Part shown: one piece after another, positions 22,201 through 31,582 of the stretch | Numbering within the stretch: position 1 is the first letter of the stretch | How the letters are laid out: the number at the start of each line of letters is the position of its first letter | From: a virus | Virus record (IMG/VR): IMGVR_UViG_3300027730_000009 | Location: 27,974 to 91,973 of that record | Direction: 5' to 3' (one strand) | Length of the DNA: 64,000 nt | Translations under genes and position numbers: made by a program | The notes under the pieces: generated by a model | What the model was told of the DNA's origin: nothing | The model's database searches: none | Seen by the model: only the letters and a program-made list of their open reading frames with translations

Positions 22201-23778
22201 TCCTTGTGCCCCTTGAGGTCCTCTATTTCCTTGAGCTCCTTGGCCTCCTTGAGCCCCTTGAGCTCCTTGAGCGCCCTGAGGTCCTAAGGCTCCGGTGTGT
22301 CCAGTGGCTCCAGCAGCACTCTGAGAACCTTGAGACCCTTGTGGTCCTCTTGCCCCGATTTCTCCAGTAGCCCCTTGTGCTCCTTGGGACCCTTGAGCAC
22401 CTTGGGGTCCTATGTTTCCCTGAGCACCTTGGGCACCTTCACCACCTTGTGCTCCTTGAGCACCCTGTGGACCAACTAATCCTTGAGCCCCTTGAGCCCC
22501 TTTTGAGCCTTGTGACCCTTGTGGCCCGAAAGGTCCTACTAATCCTTGGGCACCTTGTCCTCCTTTTGCTCCTTGTACCCCTTGAGCTCCTTGGGGACCC
22601 GCAGCACCTTGAGCACCTTGAGAACCTATTCCTCCTTGAGCACCTTGTGCCCCTTGAGGCCCGATAGCACCTGTGGCTCCTTGGAAACCCTCGGCACCTT
22701 GTGCTCCGATGTTACCCGTGGAGCCGATTGCCCCCTCAGAACCTTGAGCACCAGTAGTTCCCTCAGCACCTTGAGCACCAGTAGGTCCTATTGCTCCTTG
22801 AACACCCTGAGGCCCTTTGGGACCTTGTGCACCTTGAGCACCAACAGCAGCATTTAGAGTATTGTTGTAATCCAAAAATTCGATACCAAAAAACATTTTG
22901 ATATCTTGATTCACATTAGTGCTTCCTGAAGTAAAAGATATCCCAAAATCCCAATAGTTACCAAACAAGGATGTACTAGTAACATTATAGAGATAATTAC
23001 CATCGAGAGGTCCATCAACATCGAGTAATTCAACTCTTAAATCCCAGTTATTATCAATTTGAGAAAATATACTACTTAAATCAACAAGTCCAGCTCCTTG
23101 AGGTGTAGTTCCTCCTGAAACTGAGACTGACATTGTGTTAACACCAGTCACTGTTGTGTCACTATTAGTCGCCGCAACCCTTAGAGCCCCATCAAAAGTC
23201 GAGTCAGCTACCCATGTCCACCAATATGGACCATAAATTGTTGGTTGACCACCACCTTGATTTCCTTGTGGTCCTTGAGCACCTTGCGCACCTTGGGCAC
23301 CAATGGCACCCTGAGCACCTGTAATATTGGTACCAGGTCCTGTCCAATTTCCTGTACCATCCAAGACTTGTGTACCTCCGACCGATAAAAAGTTAGTGAC
23401 CGTAAGGGTTGAAAACACATAAACCTCAGGAGAACATCCTCCCAAGTTTGATGAAAGAACATCACTAATATCTGTTACTGTACTTGGTCTTACACAACGA
23501 TAATAAGTTAGACCCGAAGGAACATTAATAGTTTCTAATACCCCTGTACTACAATTACGATATGTCGCAACCCCCGTTCCTCCACCAGTTGCCAAAAATG
23601 AAAAGTAATCACAATTTTCTTGGGGTGCAAATAAAACTTGGTTTTCAAATAACAAAGAGGCATCATATAACACCAAAATTTTGAACTTAAAACTTGGGTC
23701 AGTCTCAAATAATATTTCAGGAATGTTTCCAGGTCTTGAACGTATATTACTTGGAAATATTGTTAGATTCTTTGCCAT
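19273..23778 (-). CDS. Collagen-like fibre chain C with inserted domains and C-terminal peptidase S74 chaperone
   Basis: 8 + 330 units; Cys-rich domain; [15 protein letters not shown]. Confidence 0.9.
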   Translation of the reverse strand: MAKNLTIFPSNIRSRPGNIPEILFETDPSFKFKILVLYDASLLFENQVLFAPQENCDYFSFLATGGGTGVATYRNCSTGVLETINVPSGLTYYRCVRPSTVTDISDVLSSNLGGCSPEVYVFSTLTVTNFLSVGGTQVLDGTGNWTGPGTNITGAQGAIGAQGAQGAQGPQGNQGGGQPTIYGPYWWTWVADSTFDGALRVAATNSDTTVTGVNTMSVSVSGGTTPQGAGLVDLSSIFSQIDNNWDLRVELLDVDGPLDGNYLYNVTSTSLFGNYWDFGISFTSGSTNVNQDIKMFFGIEFLDYNNTLNAAVGAQGAQGPKGPQGVQGAIGPTGAQGAEGTTGAQGSEGAIGSTGNIGAQGAEGFQGATGAIGPQGAQGAQGGIGSQGAQGAAGPQGAQGVQGAKGGQGAQGLVGPFGPQGSQGSKGAQGAQGLVGPQGAQGAQGGEGAQGAQGNIGPQGAQGSQGAQGATGEIGARGPQGSQGSQSAAGATGHTGALGPQGAQGAQGAQGGQGAQGNRGPQGAQGAQNDAVGAQGAQGARGPQGAQGVQGAVGPQGSQGARGPQGVQGAEGAQGPIGSQGARGPQGAQGAQGAVGFQGAQGLIGGQGAQGVQGATGETGAQGNVGPQGSQGAQGAKGAQGSQGSVGPQGAQGVQGATGGTGAQGSVGPQGAQGSQGAQGATGEIGARGPQGSQGSQSAPGATGDTGALGPQGAQGVQGAVGPQGSQGGRGPQGAQGAQNDAVGAQGAQGARGPQGAQGLQGAVGPQGSQGARGPQGVQGAEGAQGPIGSQGARGPQGAQGAQGAVGFQGAQGLIGGQGAQGAQGATGETGAQGNVGPQGSQGAQGAKGAQGSQGSVGPQGAQGVQGATGGTGAQGSVGPQGAQGSQGAQGATGEIGARGPQGSQGSQSAAGATGHTGALGPQGAQGAQGAQGGQGAQGDRGPQGAQGSQGAQGGTGAQGNRGPQGSQGVQGAIGPQGVQGPRGPQGVQGAQGAQGPIGVQGARGPQGVQGAQGAVGFQGAQGLIGGQGAQGVQGATGETGAQGNIGPQGSQGAQGAKGAQGSQGARGPQGGQGSQGATGGTGAQGNRGPQGGQGSQGAGGGTGDVGARGPQGSQGSQGAGGGTGDVGARGPQGSQGSQGGVGPQGAQGGRGPQGAQGIQGAVGPQGAQGTIGATGPQGAQGAVGPQGSQGARGPQGVQGAQGATGSTLPPGNPGPTGAQGTKGPQGSQGAAGPPGGGGPPGPGGAPGANNTTPGATGAQGTPGGPQGQKGAQGIPDVGIIGFQGAPGASDTGAPGATGFQGAQGATGVACYPHNANCNPESCEAVCSGENVTFYSNCATLANGCNIFSDSACTSCPPCFGGANFSDGVNCWTIGECDPGPGAALSNQTACEKSDARLKTNVTTIEDALDKILKLNPVEFDWLESAPHYDTYKELGQIHSIGFIAQEVRAVIPQVVDLKDNGYYSIDYPKLNALLVEGIKEQQVFIEELQKLIEDLENEIN
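20590..22400. repeat. Tandem super-repeat, 633/630-bp period, nearly three copies
   Basis: About 21060-21500 matches 21693-22133; [17 protein letters not shown] occurs three times. Confidence 0.85.
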
Positions 23779-23795
23779 TGAGTTTTACAGATACT

Positions 23796-23802
23796 ATAAA
23801 TA
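23796..23802 (-). promoter_or_regulatory. TATTTAT putative late promoter of the collagen operon
   Basis: 17 nt upstream of chain C start. Confidence 0.55.
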
Positions 23803-23869
23803 CATCTAAACAAAGTTTAGAGCACCAAAGTTTATTAGATATTATAATAAAATTATAATAAGGGTAAAC

Positions 23870-24157
23870 CTACTCCTTGAGATGTTTTTTGATTATGTCA
23901 ACCGCTTCGGTTAACTCTTGATAGTCCCTGTCGGGAGCATACAGAAATGACTTGTGTTTATCACCCCCCTTTTCTTGGATTATCAAAAGAGCAGGTACAT
24001 AGTCGTTTTCTGTTGCCTTAACAAAAATATCATATTCTTCTTTATTGTCATCGATATCCCTGTCAACAAAATCGATACCTTCACTTGTGAGCATATCTTT
24101 AAAGTCATAACAATGGGGACATCCTTTCATTGTATAGACAACTATATGTGTAGACAT
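23870..24157 (-). CDS. Glutaredoxin
   Basis: VYTMKGCPHC, VP cis-Pro motif. Confidence 0.85.
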   Translation of the reverse strand: MSTHIVVYTMKGCPHCYDFKDMLTSEGIDFVDRDIDDNKEEYDIFVKATENDYVPALLIIQEKGGDKHKSFLYAPDRDYQELTEAVDIIKKHLKE

Positions 24158-24159
24158 CT

Positions 24160-24471
24160 TTAGTATTTGTTTATCACCTCCAGCAATTGAGATTGACTCA
24201 TAACTCCCACATTAGAGAACACCTCTTTACCTTCTTTATACACTTTAAGTGTGGGAACCGAGCGGATTCCAAGTTCCATAACGAAATCTCTGTCAGAGTC
24301 GATATCTAAACTAAAGATACCCATGGATAGTTCTTGTCCTGACTTTTCCAAACTCCCGAGGTTACCCATTAAAACTTTACAGGGACCACACCATGTGGCA
24401 AACAAATCCAAGACAAATGTCTCGTTATTTTTGATTTTTTCTTTTACTTGTTCAGATGATAGTTGTGTCAT
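24160..24471 (-). CDS. trxA: Thioredoxin
   Basis: FATWCGPCK, IRSVPT. Confidence 0.9.
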   Translation of the reverse strand: MTQLSSEQVKEKIKNNETFVLDLFATWCGPCKVLMGNLGSLEKSGQELSMGIFSLDIDSDRDFVMELGIRSVPTLKVYKEGKEVFSNVGVMSQSQLLEVINKY

Positions 24472-24772
24472 TTTTTTTCAATATTGAATTCAGGAATATT
24501 TGAATGGGTCCAATTTGATTGGGAAGGAAATAGACCTCCAACGAATAGTAACCAGTTGTTCCTGTTGTCTTATACAATAAATAGAACCCCCCCTTTGTTT
24601 TGTAAATAACTTCATTAAACTCAGGTGTTGGATAAATAGAGTTTACATACACCATCTCGAACTTGTCTTTTGGGGTTTCCGTTTTTTTTACTCTATCCAA
24701 TCGAAATACCGAAAAAGAAGTTTCTTCTTTTTGTTCGACTTTTTCAATAAAGGGGTGGGGTTTTATAAACAT
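24452..24772 (-). CDS. Hypothetical protein
   Basis: Coupled ORF. Confidence 0.55.
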   Translation of the reverse strand: MFIKPHPFIEKVEQKEETSFSVFRLDRVKKTETPKDKFEMVYVNSIYPTPEFNEVIYKTKGGFYLLYKTTGTTGYYSLEVYFLPNQIGPIQIFLNSILKKNDTTII

Positions 24773-24775
24773 ATG

Positions 24776-26389
24776 TTAGAAAAAATAATCGATATCCGTA
24801 ATAAGTTCAATAGGATTCTCCCATACAACAAATCCCTGTTCATTAAATACGGTATTATAGGTACTCACCTTGTCTTTCTTTTCTTTTGTTAGGACCATTT
24901 CATATCCTTTTTCTAAGATTAGACTCGATACCATTTCGTCGACTTTTTTTAATGCCTTATCCCAAGTGGGGTCAAGTTCTTGGTTGAATCTACCAAGACT
25001 TTGAGCTCTTTCAGTTCTAACTTTTCTCTTTAAAAATTTAATGTGGTATTCTACCGTTGCTCTGTCCTCTTGGTTTCTTATGGAAAGAATAAAACTACCC
25101 GGTTTTGTAAGATATGTTTTCACGCAGTTTTGCTGGTGTTCACTCTCTTGGTAGAACTCATCTTGGGTGGACAATAAATTAACCGAATAGGTAATAAGTT
25201 CTGAGTTGTCATTCAATAGGGTAATATCTTTATTCAAAGTTGAATAAAACACCTCAGGATATTTTCGGTTGAAAATACCTTTTTTAAGTTTGGTAACCTC
25301 ATCAGAGAGGGTCTTGTGTTCGATAAGAAAATCTTTATATGTTTTACTTTTCCAACCTACATTGATTCCATTTTTTTTAAGAAAAACGATAAATTCAATA
25401 TGGTCCCTGATTACTGTCATTCGTGGTAGAGTATTTTTTACAAAATTCCAAATTCGTTTCTTTTCCGCATCACTAAGCCAAGAAACATCATGAGGTATCA
25501 AAATGTCATTTTGATGAGAAAGATAAATCATTAACACCCTATAATCTTGTTGTACCTTAGTTGTCCCAACCAAATTAATCAAAGATTTGAGAGTGTTAAA
25601 GGTAAAAGGAACGTCAGTGTGTAACGCTTTTTTGATGATATCACCACCGAATCCATGAAAGGACATAAGGGAATCAATATATTTGTTTTTACCCTTTTTG
25701 AAAAATTTAGCAGGGACAAGACCATCAAACCCATTGCGTTGGAACCCATAGAAGTTGTCAGGAATACTCACCCCCCTTTTAAAAAGGTAAAATTCATAAA
25801 ATCTCCACCCCAAACATGAATTGATGTCATGACCTTCATTTCCCCTTAAATGAAAATCAGGTATCTGACTTAGAAAAATGTCCTGCAATGATTCATACTC
25901 TTTCTGATGATTCTCAAGTTTACAAAACAAATGCAAAGCGTCACTCATAATCATAAAAGGGTTACGATGAAAATAATTTGTTCTTATCCTCCGATTTTTT
26001 TTCTTTTTATGTAACCCCATTATTTCACCCTGATACAAAATACCAGTCCTAATGTTCAAAGTAAAAAAAGAAACACTCCTTACTTTTTTGAAATAATGAA
26101 CACCCTCTCGTCGTTCATTATGATAACGGAATACCTTGAACGATATCTTATCTCCATTTTTTTCAATCACCATAGTTGTCTTAGAATGGGAAACTCTCGC
26201 CAACTTATTGGCATAGTGTTTCAAAAACTCCTCTGATGAATTAAGATATGTGTGATGCTTATCCCAATAAGGATTTTTAAGTTTTGGAGTGTTTAGTAAA
26301 AACCCATAATTTTCGATAACTAAATGGTCTTTGTGTACCTGAACCTCGTAGTCCTCTTTTACTTTTTTGTAAATCTCTATTTTTTCCAT
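24776..26389 (-). CDS. PcfJ-like domain protein
   Basis: C-terminal ESEHQQNCVKTY..ILSIR..RATVE..QSLGRFN; start moved to MEKIE. Confidence 0.7.
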   Translation of the reverse strand: MEKIEIYKKVKEDYEVQVHKDHLVIENYGFLLNTPKLKNPYWDKHHTYLNSSEEFLKHYANKLARVSHSKTTMVIEKNGDKISFKVFRYHNERREGVHYFKKVRSVSFFTLNIRTGILYQGEIMGLHKKKKNRRIRTNYFHRNPFMIMSDALHLFCKLENHQKEYESLQDIFLSQIPDFHLRGNEGHDINSCLGWRFYEFYLFKRGVSIPDNFYGFQRNGFDGLVPAKFFKKGKNKYIDSLMSFHGFGGDIIKKALHTDVPFTFNTLKSLINLVGTTKVQQDYRVLMIYLSHQNDILIPHDVSWLSDAEKKRIWNFVKNTLPRMTVIRDHIEFIVFLKKNGINVGWKSKTYKDFLIEHKTLSDEVTKLKKGIFNRKYPEVFYSTLNKDITLLNDNSELITYSVNLLSTQDEFYQESEHQQNCVKTYLTKPGSFILSIRNQEDRATVEYHIKFLKRKVRTERAQSLGRFNQELDPTWDKALKKVDEMVSSLILEKGYEMVLTKEKKDKVSTYNTVFNEQGFVVWENPIELITDIDYFF

Positions 26390-26393
26390 AGTC

Positions 26394-26421
26394 AAAAAGG
26401 GGGATGGTCTCCCATCCCCCA
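26394..26421 (-). terminator. Intrinsic terminator
   Basis: GGGGGATGG-tctc-CCATCCCCC stem followed by T run on the minus strand. Confidence 0.7.
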
Positions 26422-26442
26422 AGGGTTAGTAATTGTTAGGGT

Positions 26443-27198
26443 TTAGCAGTAAGACTCGGCCAGTTCCCACAAGTCAGAGTTGATACGGTTGACAACATCG
26501 AAGTTCTTAAGTTCACGCATCTTGATGAAACGACCCTTCTGATTCTGAACCTGCTCTCCACCACGGACAAACTTCTCTTGAACTCGGTTGAAGACCTTCC
26601 ACATGGTGGGTTCTTGGTCTCCTTCACGAAGAGGGTTCAACCATGAATTAACATCAATCTTAGGTAGTGAACCTGAGTTCCAACGAAGCATTGTAGCCTT
26701 GTTGACAAAATCTACACTCTCCGACTCGGTCATCATCTTAGACTCGAACATCTCAACCTTTTGTTGAAGAAGGGGTAGGGTGGTTGCGAATTGGTCGGTG
26801 ATACGACGAATATCACCCATCTCCAATCCTTTGTGACGAAGTTTAAAGTCCGAAGTCGTTTGGGTGGGAACAGTCAATCCATTTGAACATACCAAACGGA
26901 AAAGACCCGCTTGGATTTGAAGGGGTTTGGTTCCGTTGTGAGAGTTTTGAATCACCGCCTGAATCAGAGAGTCACCAACAGCAGGGAGGGTTCCATTGGT
27001 AAGACGAATCTCGTGAGCGTGGTACTGAGTTTTTCCTTTTTGAACTGCCGAGGCAATCTTCCACCCATCTTGTTCAAACTTCTCTAAGATTTCTAAAGAA
27101 GAAACAAAGGTGTATTTGTCAGACACCTTAGGAGATGCTTGGTTGGCGAAAATCGAGGGGACTTTTAAGGTCAGGGTTTCAAGAGAGAGAGTGTTCAT
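26443..27198 (-). CDS. DUF932/DUF945 family protein
   Basis: NSHNG..AGLFRLVCSNGL..H; W.VFNRVQE. Confidence 0.85.
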   Translation of the reverse strand: MNTLSLETLTLKVPSIFANQASPKVSDKYTFVSSLEILEKFEQDGWKIASAVQKGKTQYHAHEIRLTNGTLPAVGDSLIQAVIQNSHNGTKPLQIQAGLFRLVCSNGLTVPTQTTSDFKLRHKGLEMGDIRRITDQFATTLPLLQQKVEMFESKMMTESESVDFVNKATMLRWNSGSLPKIDVNSWLNPLREGDQEPTMWKVFNRVQEKFVRGGEQVQNQKGRFIKMRELKNFDVVNRINSDLWELAESYC

Positions 27199-27223
27199 GG
27201 GTTTTTGTTTTTGAATTACACTT

Positions 27224-27255
27224 CAAAGATAAAACAAAAAAACTTTTCAGCCAAA
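27224..27255 (-). promoter_or_regulatory. Bacteroidota-type promoter TTTG-N20-TATCTTTG
   Basis: Exact consensus upstream of the DUF932 gene. Confidence 0.7.
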
Positions 27256-27262
27256 TCTTTTT

Positions 27263-27535
27263 TCAATTAAGAAAAAAGTTTCCAAACTCAGTCTCCACAA
27301 AAATCTTGTCTTCTTTTTTTGGAGGATTACCATTCAACCCAACACAAAGTTCGATAAGTTGTTTTCTAGTTAAAGGAATCTCATTTCCACCTTCAGCATT
27401 TTTACTGGCAATCACTTGAACCTTTTCATAGAACTTATCCTTGAGTTCCAACGGAATCAAATTAGACAGGTCCTCAGGATTGTCATCAAAGAACTTCATC
27501 AAGTTAGACATATAAATTGCAACATCCACATTCAT
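27263..27535 (-). CDS. Hypothetical protein
   Basis: Start moved to MNVDV, directly after TATTTTTG. Confidence 0.6.
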   Translation of the reverse strand: MNVDVAIYMSNLMKFFDDNPEDLSNLIPLELKDKFYEKVQVIASKNAEGGNEIPLTRKQLIELCVGLNGNPPKKEDKIFVETEFGNFFLN

Positions 27536-27587
27536 AAGACAAAAATAAGGGAAAAAAATAAAGGGTTCAATATGAACCCTTAAATTA

Positions 27588-28895
27588 TTATTGTGCAACC
27601 TCCCAAAGTCCTGAGTCCCATTCGACACCTCTGTCGGCAATACCTTGAGGTATCTCCAAATTATCAGACTCCTTGACATTGATAAACAATAAATCAGGAA
27701 GGTCAGCAATACAGTCAGGGATGGTTCTCAGTTCAGGATTTTTCTGTAGGGTTAAAAACTTTAAATTTTTAAGTTCACAAACTTGTTCAGGAAGATAATC
27801 AATACAATTAATCAAAACCAAAGCCTCAAGGTTTTTAAACTTACCAATACTCGGTGGAATAACCAAAGTATGTTGTCCTCTCCCGTTGATGTTAATTTCA
27901 TTCAAATCATCAGGTAGAGCATCGAATAATTCGTCTAATCCATAAAGACCAATGAACTTACCAACAGACCCCGAATTAAAACCATCAATTTCAAGTTTTT
28001 CACCACCGACGGTAAGACCCTTAGCAAACTCAGGTTTAAAATATTGTTTTAATTCCTCCATTGGTCCGTTTAACAACTGAACCAAATCAACACTACGGTC
28101 ATCCTTGTCCATAAACTGATTGCTAGGGAAGTGGAACTGATATCTATCAACAGGAAGACCTGTAGAAGGTGCCACTCTAGTGTCATTGGGATTGTATACA
28201 ACATACAAAGGACCATCCTTAATATAACGGTCAAACCAGTTAAGACCAGGGGCTGATGTACACCAGCGAGTCTCTTGTTGGTTCCCACCATAGAAACATG
28301 CCGCCTCTCTACCCTTATCACCCTTATCTTCAATTTTTACGACCTTCCAAGTCTCACCCTCAAAACCACTTTCTGCACCAGGGTGAACCGCCAAATTCTT
28401 TCTCTCCGCCTTAGTGGTAGTTGCCATAGTTAAGTCAAAGTCCTTAACCGCGTCATACAAATCATCAACACTCAACTTATTGATGTCTCTTAACTCAACA
28501 GGAAGTCTATTTTTGAAACGATGAAACTTCTTCAAATCATCGGTCACCTTATAAAGGTCCTCCATGAAACGGTCCTTACTTTGGACAACCTCCCTATCGT
28601 AACCATACTCACCATACTGAAGTTCAGTCTTAGGACGAAGGTAGTTTTTAATAATCCATGGAGTGTATTCCCCCACCTTTACCTTAGACATATCTTCCTT
28701 ACTGATTCTATCATCACCCAAGTTTACATCGTTCAAACGAGTGGTCGGGTCCGCAGCAATTAACTGAAGTAATTCAGTTTTTTTCAAAAGGGGTTTTTTT
28801 TCCGAACCTTTCTTCGGATTTACAAACTTGTCCATCAACACCTCAAAACGAGAGGCTTCCTTAATAAGTGTACGCAGTAAAGAATTAAACTTCAT
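27588..28895 (-). CDS. YG..TRWCT domain protein with C-terminal leucine-rich repeats
   Basis: RDINK, ACFYG..TRWCTS; IPPSIGKFKNL, LPEQVCELKNL, IPDCIADLPDL LRRs. Confidence 0.7.
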   Translation of the reverse strand: MKFNSLLRTLIKEASRFEVLMDKFVNPKKGSEKKPLLKKTELLQLIAADPTTRLNDVNLGDDRISKEDMSKVKVGEYTPWIIKNYLRPKTELQYGEYGYDREVVQSKDRFMEDLYKVTDDLKKFHRFKNRLPVELRDINKLSVDDLYDAVKDFDLTMATTTKAERKNLAVHPGAESGFEGETWKVVKIEDKGDKGREAACFYGGNQQETRWCTSAPGLNWFDRYIKDGPLYVVYNPNDTRVAPSTGLPVDRYQFHFPSNQFMDKDDRSVDLVQLLNGPMEELKQYFKPEFAKGLTVGGEKLEIDGFNSGSVGKFIGLYGLDELFDALPDDLNEININGRGQHTLVIPPSIGKFKNLEALVLINCIDYLPEQVCELKNLKFLTLQKNPELRTIPDCIADLPDLLFINVKESDNLEIPQGIADRGVEWDSGLWEVAQ

Positions 28896-28938
28896 TATAA
28901 TGAGATTTTATTATAAATATACGATGCTAATATAATAC

Positions 28939-29784
28939 TCAGTAATTCATTATAAGCAACTCCTCACCCATATTTTGTTTTTTTCCCTTAGTAGCGGCAG
29001 CGGCCTTAGCAAAAGAACGACGTTCCCATCGATACCCATTCTCAGGGAACCACTGACCCAAGAGTTCAAAGTCATAGTACGACAAAGAGAACTTACCCTG
29101 AATCTCTTTCAAGGCATTCGCCAACCTCTCGTGGTCGTTCCTGTCAAAGTCATGGTTAGAATAGTAATTCTCGGTTTTCCAATAGGGTGGGTCCATGTAG
29201 AAATAAGTGGTTGGTGAATCGTATTTTGAAATAACCTCTTGAAAGTCCATATTTTCAACAAAAGTAATCTTTTCGAAATGTTCACGAAAAGAAAGTTTTT
29301 TCAGTTTGTCCATAAAGATTAGAACTTTACAACGATATTTGCCCTTATAATCCGTGTAATTGGAAGTTTCTGGTTTAGAACCCGAAAAAACTTGACACAA
29401 GACATATACATACTTCGCAGCAATTACAAAGTTAGGTTCATCACCAATGACCAAATTTTCATTGAATATTTCTTTTTGAAATGTTTTGAACATAACCTCA
29501 AATTCGGGTGGGGTGTTTTCAACACCAAGTTGTTGACATGGATATCGGGAGAGTTCATCCCAAAGTCTATCATACTCTTTTGCACATTTGAATAGGTTAG
29601 CGTTTAGTCTATTGTAGTCATTATAAACGACTGTCTTGAGGTTTGGGTACTTTTTGAGGTCCATATTAAAGAACACCCAGAACATCCCTGAAAATCCCTC
29701 TACATATGTTTCAATGTTAGTGGGGATAAACGGAACAATCCATTTACCAATCCTAGCCTTTCCTCCGATATATGATATTGCCAT
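28939..29784 (-). CDS. Dam-like (D12 class) adenine methyltransferase
   Basis: YIGGK..YVEGFSG..ND; FYMDPPY; EELLIMNY. Confidence 0.85.
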   Translation of the reverse strand: MAISYIGGKARIGKWIVPFIPTNIETYVEGFSGMFWVFFNMDLKKYPNLKTVVYNDYNRLNANLFKCAKEYDRLWDELSRYPCQQLGVENTPPEFEVMFKTFQKEIFNENLVIGDEPNFVIAAKYVYVLCQVFSGSKPETSNYTDYKGKYRCKVLIFMDKLKKLSFREHFEKITFVENMDFQEVISKYDSPTTYFYMDPPYWKTENYYSNHDFDRNDHERLANALKEIQGKFSLSYYDFELLGQWFPENGYRWERRSFAKAAAATKGKKQNMGEELLIMNY

Positions 29785-29816
29785 ATTAATTTTTCTGTTT
29801 TTTTAGAATGTACTAA

Positions 29817-29848
29817 CAAATATACAAATAGCAAGTAATAAAAACAAA
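29817..29848 (-). promoter_or_regulatory. Bacteroidota-type promoter TTTG-N20-TATATTTG
   Basis: Exact consensus upstream of the Dam-like gene. Confidence 0.65.
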
Positions 29849-29985
29849 TCTCAAACAAAATGTTTCATTAGACCTTTACAACACTTTTAGAAAAAATTTA
29901 ACATTGCAAATTGTACTAATGGGATTCTAATGTTATATTTATGTTAAGAGAATATCAATAAACTTTACAAAAACTTAACAAAAAA

Positions 29986-30327
29986 ATGAAAACTATTTTA
30001 ATTATCACCCTACTTTTTCTAAATTCAAACTTATTTGCACAAAAAGCCATTTATACTGACAACGATGGTGATGGTGTTATTGAATATACTTTGATGGACG
30101 ATTTCAAAAAAGTTTTGGAGACAGGTTATTACCAAAACAACAAGATGGTTGGGACGTGGACTTTATTCTACCCCGACGGTAAAAAAAGAATGGTTGCAAA
30201 ATTCAAAAACGGAATTAAACAAGGTCTTTGGTTAGTTTACGATGATAAGGGTAGAATTTTAACTGAGGTGTTTTACAAAGACGATAAAAAAATTAGCGCA
30301 TCTCAACACAACTACGCTAATAACTAA
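29986..30327 (+). CDS. Secreted MORN-variant repeat protein
   Basis: Signal peptide; G.W..YY.DGK repeats. Confidence 0.7.
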   Translation: MKTILIITLLFLNSNLFAQKAIYTDNDGDGVIEYTLMDDFKKVLETGYYQNNKMVGTWTLFYPDGKKRMVAKFKNGIKQGLWLVYDDKGRILTEVFYKDDKKISASQHNYANN

Positions 30328-30518
30328 TAACAATTCTTGTAAGGTCTACACGAAGCTTTCTGACTGAATCCCATAGACTTACAAGATGTTTTTTTACAGT
30401 AAGATTCTGACCATTTTCTCGGTTTCTTAAATTTTTTAACCTCTTCTAAACTATCGGGATGTTTATTTTCAGTTTTTTCTACATATTCTTTTAGATACTT
30501 AATAATCAAATCTCTCAT
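30324..30518 (-). CDS. Small Cys-rich late protein
   Basis: LIIKYLKE leader; C-x4-C..GFSQKASC..C. Confidence 0.65.
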   Translation of the reverse strand: MRDLIIKYLKEYVEKTENKHPDSLEEVKKFKKPRKWSESYCKKTSCKSMGFSQKASCRPYKNCY

Positions 30519-30528
30519 ACATATAAAT

Positions 30529-30672
30529 ATGTCATGTCAAAATTGTAAAAATAAAACACCTTTTCAAATTTCATCCAAGTTAAATTGGATGCTTGTTTTC
30601 ACCTCTTACGGATTCGTATCGGTTATTTACTCAACTTATAAATTAGTTTCCTACCTTCTCAGTTTGATTTGA
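30529..30672 (+). CDS. 47-aa CxxC membrane microprotein (not in ORF track)
   Basis: Hand translation [40 protein letters not shown]. Confidence 0.5.
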   Translation: MSCQNCKNKTPFQISSKLNWMLVFTSYGFVSVIYSTYKLVSYLLSLI

Positions 30673-31578
30673 TTTATCAAACCTAACATTTAATTTTACA
30701 TACATATCCCCATTTGGGAACCCTTTATTTTTTAACCTCAGGGGTTTAGATGTATCAAAAATAATGGGTGCAGGTATTTTAAGTTCACCATCAGGGTGGT
30801 GTATAATATAAAAGTCCTCAGTAATTGTTTGTAAGTCCAAAAACAAATTGTAAATTAAATCCGAACCCATTTTTTGAAATTCACCGTTTTGTTCGATGAT
30901 TGGTTGGATAACCAAATTACCATACATACCTTGGATAAAGTCACCTCGACCTTCTAACTTCATGAATTGACCATCATCAATCCCTTTTGGAAGGGATACC
31001 GTAATAGATTCAAAATGATTTTTAGTTCCAACACCCGAACAACTATGACATCTATTGATTAATATTTGCCCTTTAGCTTGGCAATGTACACACGCCACTC
31101 TAACTCTCTGTTGAAAAAATCCTGAACCTAAAACTTGAATGCTGTGTCCCGCACCATGACAGACGGCACACAATTGAGTGTCCCCTCCTGAACCACCACA
31201 ATCTGAACAGGCAATGTTCCTTTGATAGTTGATTGTTTTTGGACCTCCTTTATAGGACTCCATTACCGTTACAGGTAGTTTTATTATCTTATCAGCAACT
31301 TTTCTTATTGGCGGTGCTCCCCCACCTTGATTGTACATGTTTTTGAAAAACTCTTCGAATGAGCCACCAGCAAAAGGATTGTCTTTTTGTCTAAGATAAT
31401 CTATTTTTTTCTTAGGGTCTGAAAGAACATCGTATGCCTCGGCAATCTCTTTGAATTTCTCTCCCCCATCAGGATTTACATCAGGATGATATTTCTTAGA
31501 TAGTAATCTATATTGTTTTTTAATTTCTTCATCAGTGGCATCTTCCTTAACACCTAAAATTTCAAAGTAGTTTTTCAT
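30643..31578 (-). CDS. dnaJ: DnaJ co-chaperone
   Basis: J-domain HPD, four CxxCxGxG-like repeats, C-terminal domain. Confidence 0.9.
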   Translation of the reverse strand: MKNYFEILGVKEDATDEEIKKQYRLLSKKYHPDVNPDGGEKFKEIAEAYDVLSDPKKKIDYLRQKDNPFAGGSFEEFFKNMYNQGGGAPPIRKVADKIIKLPVTVMESYKGGPKTINYQRNIACSDCGGSGGDTQLCAVCHGAGHSIQVLGSGFFQQRVRVACVHCQAKGQILINRCHSCSGVGTKNHFESITVSLPKGIDDGQFMKLEGRGDFIQGMYGNLVIQPIIEQNGEFQKMGSDLIYNLFLDLQTITEDFYIIHHPDGELKIPAPIIFDTSKPLRLKNKGFPNGDMYVKLNVRFDKSNQTEKVGN

Positions 31579-31582
31579 TGTA

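Noticed and set aside
13491-22400. Equating the 210-222 aa super-repeat with the 234-residue collagen D-period
   Set aside because: The lengths differ and there is no charge banding; the similarity is probably coincidental.
12716-22842. CRISPR-like or DGR-like repeats
   Set aside because: The repeats are in-frame coding triplets with no spacers, no evident adenine-specific mismatch pattern, and no cas or reverse transcriptase gene in the window.
12754-22857. Dozens of plus-strand and alternate-frame ORFs (LLELLE, SSLSTL, KELKV rich)
   Set aside because: Shadows of repetitive GAQ codons; no independent coding signal.
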